Part shown: piece by piece, positions 62,501-64,000 of the stretch
How positions within the stretch are numbered: the stretch's first letter is position 1
How the letters are laid out: every line of letters starts with the position of its first letter
Assembly (NCBI GenBank): GCA_964016885.1
Contig: OZ024741.1
Span: forward strand, 250,790,001 to 250,854,000
DNA from: Eledone cirrhosa
Taxonomy: Eukaryota
Reading direction: 5' to 3'
DNA: 64,000 nucleotides
Notes under the pieces: generated by a model
Told to the model about the DNA's origin: nothing
Seen by the model: the letters and a program-made list of their open reading frames with translations, nothing else
The model's database searches: none
Position numbers and translations under genes: made by a program

Positions 62501-64000
62501 CAGCCGTCCAAGGAGAGATAATTTCCATCCTTCCAAGGGGAGATAATTTCCAGCCGTCCAAGGGGAGATAATTTCCCGCCAGCCAAGGGAAGATAATATT
62601 TAAAAAAATCAGGGGGAGATAATTTGTAAAAAAAAAATCAGGGGGAGATAATTTGTAAAAAAAATCAGGGGGAGATAATTTGTAAAAAAAAAATCAGGGG
62701 GAGATAATTTGTAAAAAAAATCAGGGGGAGATAATTTGTAAAAAAAAATCAGGGGTAGATAATTTGTAAAAAAAAATCAGGGGGAGATAATTTGTAAAAA
62801 AAAATCAAGGGGAGATAATTTCCAGCCGTCCAAGGGGAGATAATTTTCAGCCGTCCAAGGAGAGGTAATTTCTAGCCGTCCAAGGGGAGATAATTTCCAG
62901 CCGTCCAAGGGGAGATAATTTCCAGCCGTCCAAGGGGAGATAATTTAAAAAAAAAATCAGGCGGAGATAATTTGTAAAAAAAAAATCAGTGGGAGATAAT
63001 TTGTAAAAAAAAAATCGGGGGGAGATAATTTGTAAAAAAAATCAAGGGGAGATAATTTCTAGCCGTCCAAGGGAAGATAATTTCCAGCCCTCCAAGGGAA
63101 GATAACTTCCAGCCTTCCAAGGGGCTATAATTTCCAGCGTCCAAGGGGAGATAATTTCCAGCCAGCGAAGGGGAGATAATTTTTTTAAAAAAATCACTGG
63201 GAGATTTGTAAAAAAAATCAGGGGGAGATAATTTGTAAAAAAATCAAGGGGAGATAATTTCCAGCCGTCCAAAGAGAGATAATTTCTAGCCGTCCAAGGG
63301 GAGATAATTTCCAGCCAACGGGAGATAATTTCCAGCCGTCCAAGGAGAGATAATTTTTTAAAAAATCAGGTGGAGATAATTTGTAAAAAAAATCAGGGGA
63401 AGATAATTTGTAAAAACAAAATCAAGTGCAGATAATTTCCAGCCGTCCAAGGGGAGATAATTTCCATCCTTCCAAGGGGAGATAATTTCCAGGCGTCCAA
63501 GGGGAGATAATTTCCCGCCAGCCAAGGGAAGATAATATTTAAAAAAATCAGGCGGAGATAATTTGTAAAAAAAAACGGGGAGATAATTTGGAAAAAAAAA
63601 TCAGGCGTAGATAATTTGTAAAAAAAAATCAGGGGTAGATAATTTGTAAAAAAAAATCAGGGGGAGATAATTTGTAAAAAAAAATCAAGGGGAGATAATT
63701 TCCAGCCGTCCAAGGGGAGATAATTTTCAGCCGTCCAAGGAGAGGTAATTTCTAGCCGTCCAAGGGGAGATAATTTCCAGCCGTCCAAGGGGAGATAATT
63801 TCCAGCCGTCCAAGGGGAGATAATTTAAAAAAAAAATCAGGCGGAGATAATTTGTAAAAAAAAAATCAGGGGGAGATAATTTGTAAAAAAAAATCAGGGG
63901 GAGATAATTTGTAAAAAAATCAAGGGGAGATAATTTCCAGCCGTCCAAGGGAAGATAATTTCCAGCCCTCCAAGGAAAGATAACTTCCAGCCCTCCAAGG
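59600..64000 (+). repeat. Long-range copy of ~16100-20540
   Basis: Offsets are 43486 (16358/59844, 17351/60837, 17633/61119) and 43464 (19578/63042). Shared rare variants include CCAACGGGAG, AAGTGCAGAT and AAAACGGGGAG. Confidence 0.88.

Larger units (their letters stand above)
1..64000 (+). repeat. Complex tandem satellite array of ~25-29 bp monomers (type A CAAGGGGAGATAATTTCCAGCCGTC; type B CAGGGGGAGATAATTTGT(A)nT), head-to-tail, running off both window ends
   Basis: The core (G)GGAGATAATTT or a close variant recurs about every 21-29 bp from the first line to the last. It is always on the + strand and no unrelated sequence intervenes. Confidence 0.99.

Noticed and set aside
371-63948. Numerous short minus-strand ORFs (60-229 aa) as protein-coding genes
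   Set aside because: They are translations of the satellite monomers, overlap in several frames, mostly begin at TTG within the repeat, and are broken by homopolymer length changes. No recognisable domain.
1-64000. CRISPR array (constant core plus variable tail)
   Set aside because: The putative spacers are only about 9-13 bp and come from a few recurring types rather than unique 25-45 bp sequences. There is no leader and no cas gene.
1-64000. Telomerase-made telomeric repeat (G-runs on one strand; 25-bp units exist in some yeasts)
   Set aside because: Two monomer classes, many variants and multi-kb HORs point to recombinational turnover rather than templated synthesis. A subtelomeric location is not excluded.
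1-64000. Canonical G-quadruplex array
   Set aside because: The G4-5 tracts are separated by about 21-23 nt, far beyond the usual 1-7 nt loops. Only weak or intermolecular structures are conceivable.
1-64000. NF-kB/Rel sites or STRE (AGGGG) regulatory cluster
   Set aside because: GGGGAGATAATTTCC has the wrong spacing for GGGRNNYYCC. AGGGG is too short to mean anything without a known host or a nearby gene.
1-64000. Plasmid or viral iterons, or baculovirus hr origin
   Set aside because: Those span at most a few kb next to replication or other genes. Here 64 kb has no coding DNA.
1-64000. Information-bearing binary code or programmed cassette system in the A/B order
   Set aside because: The order is adequately explained by nested duplication and deletion. 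There is no recombinase, reverse transcriptase or expression locus in the window to support a programmed system.

Overview
The whole 64 kb is one uninterrupted, single-orientation tandem satellite array, most plausibly eukaryotic heterochromatin; I cannot identify the organism. I found no credible genes, RNA genes, transposons or unique sequence. Roughly 2,400-2,500 monomers (estimated as 64,000/~26) share the core GGGAGATAATTT and fall into two main classes. Type A is 25 bp, CAAGGGGAGATAATTTCCAGCCGTC (13/25 GC). Type B is about 26-29 bp, CAGGGGGAGATAATTTGT(A)7-10T (about 30% GC). A and B occur in alternating runs joined by stereotyped transition monomers. Organisation is layered: monomer, then A/B blocks, then a recurring 0.4-0.9 kb module, then multi-kb higher-order repeats (HORs). 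These include a near-perfect 6.1-kb trimer at 29.2-47.5 kb, an 8.3-8.6 kb duplication, 4.7/5.0-kb and 11.3-kb copies, and copies about 44 kb apart. Diagnostic variants record an unequal crossover in the trimer and a nested deletion series. The minus-strand ORFs are by-products of the repeat. All offsets were read by eye and from repeated ORF-track entries, so block boundaries are approximate.
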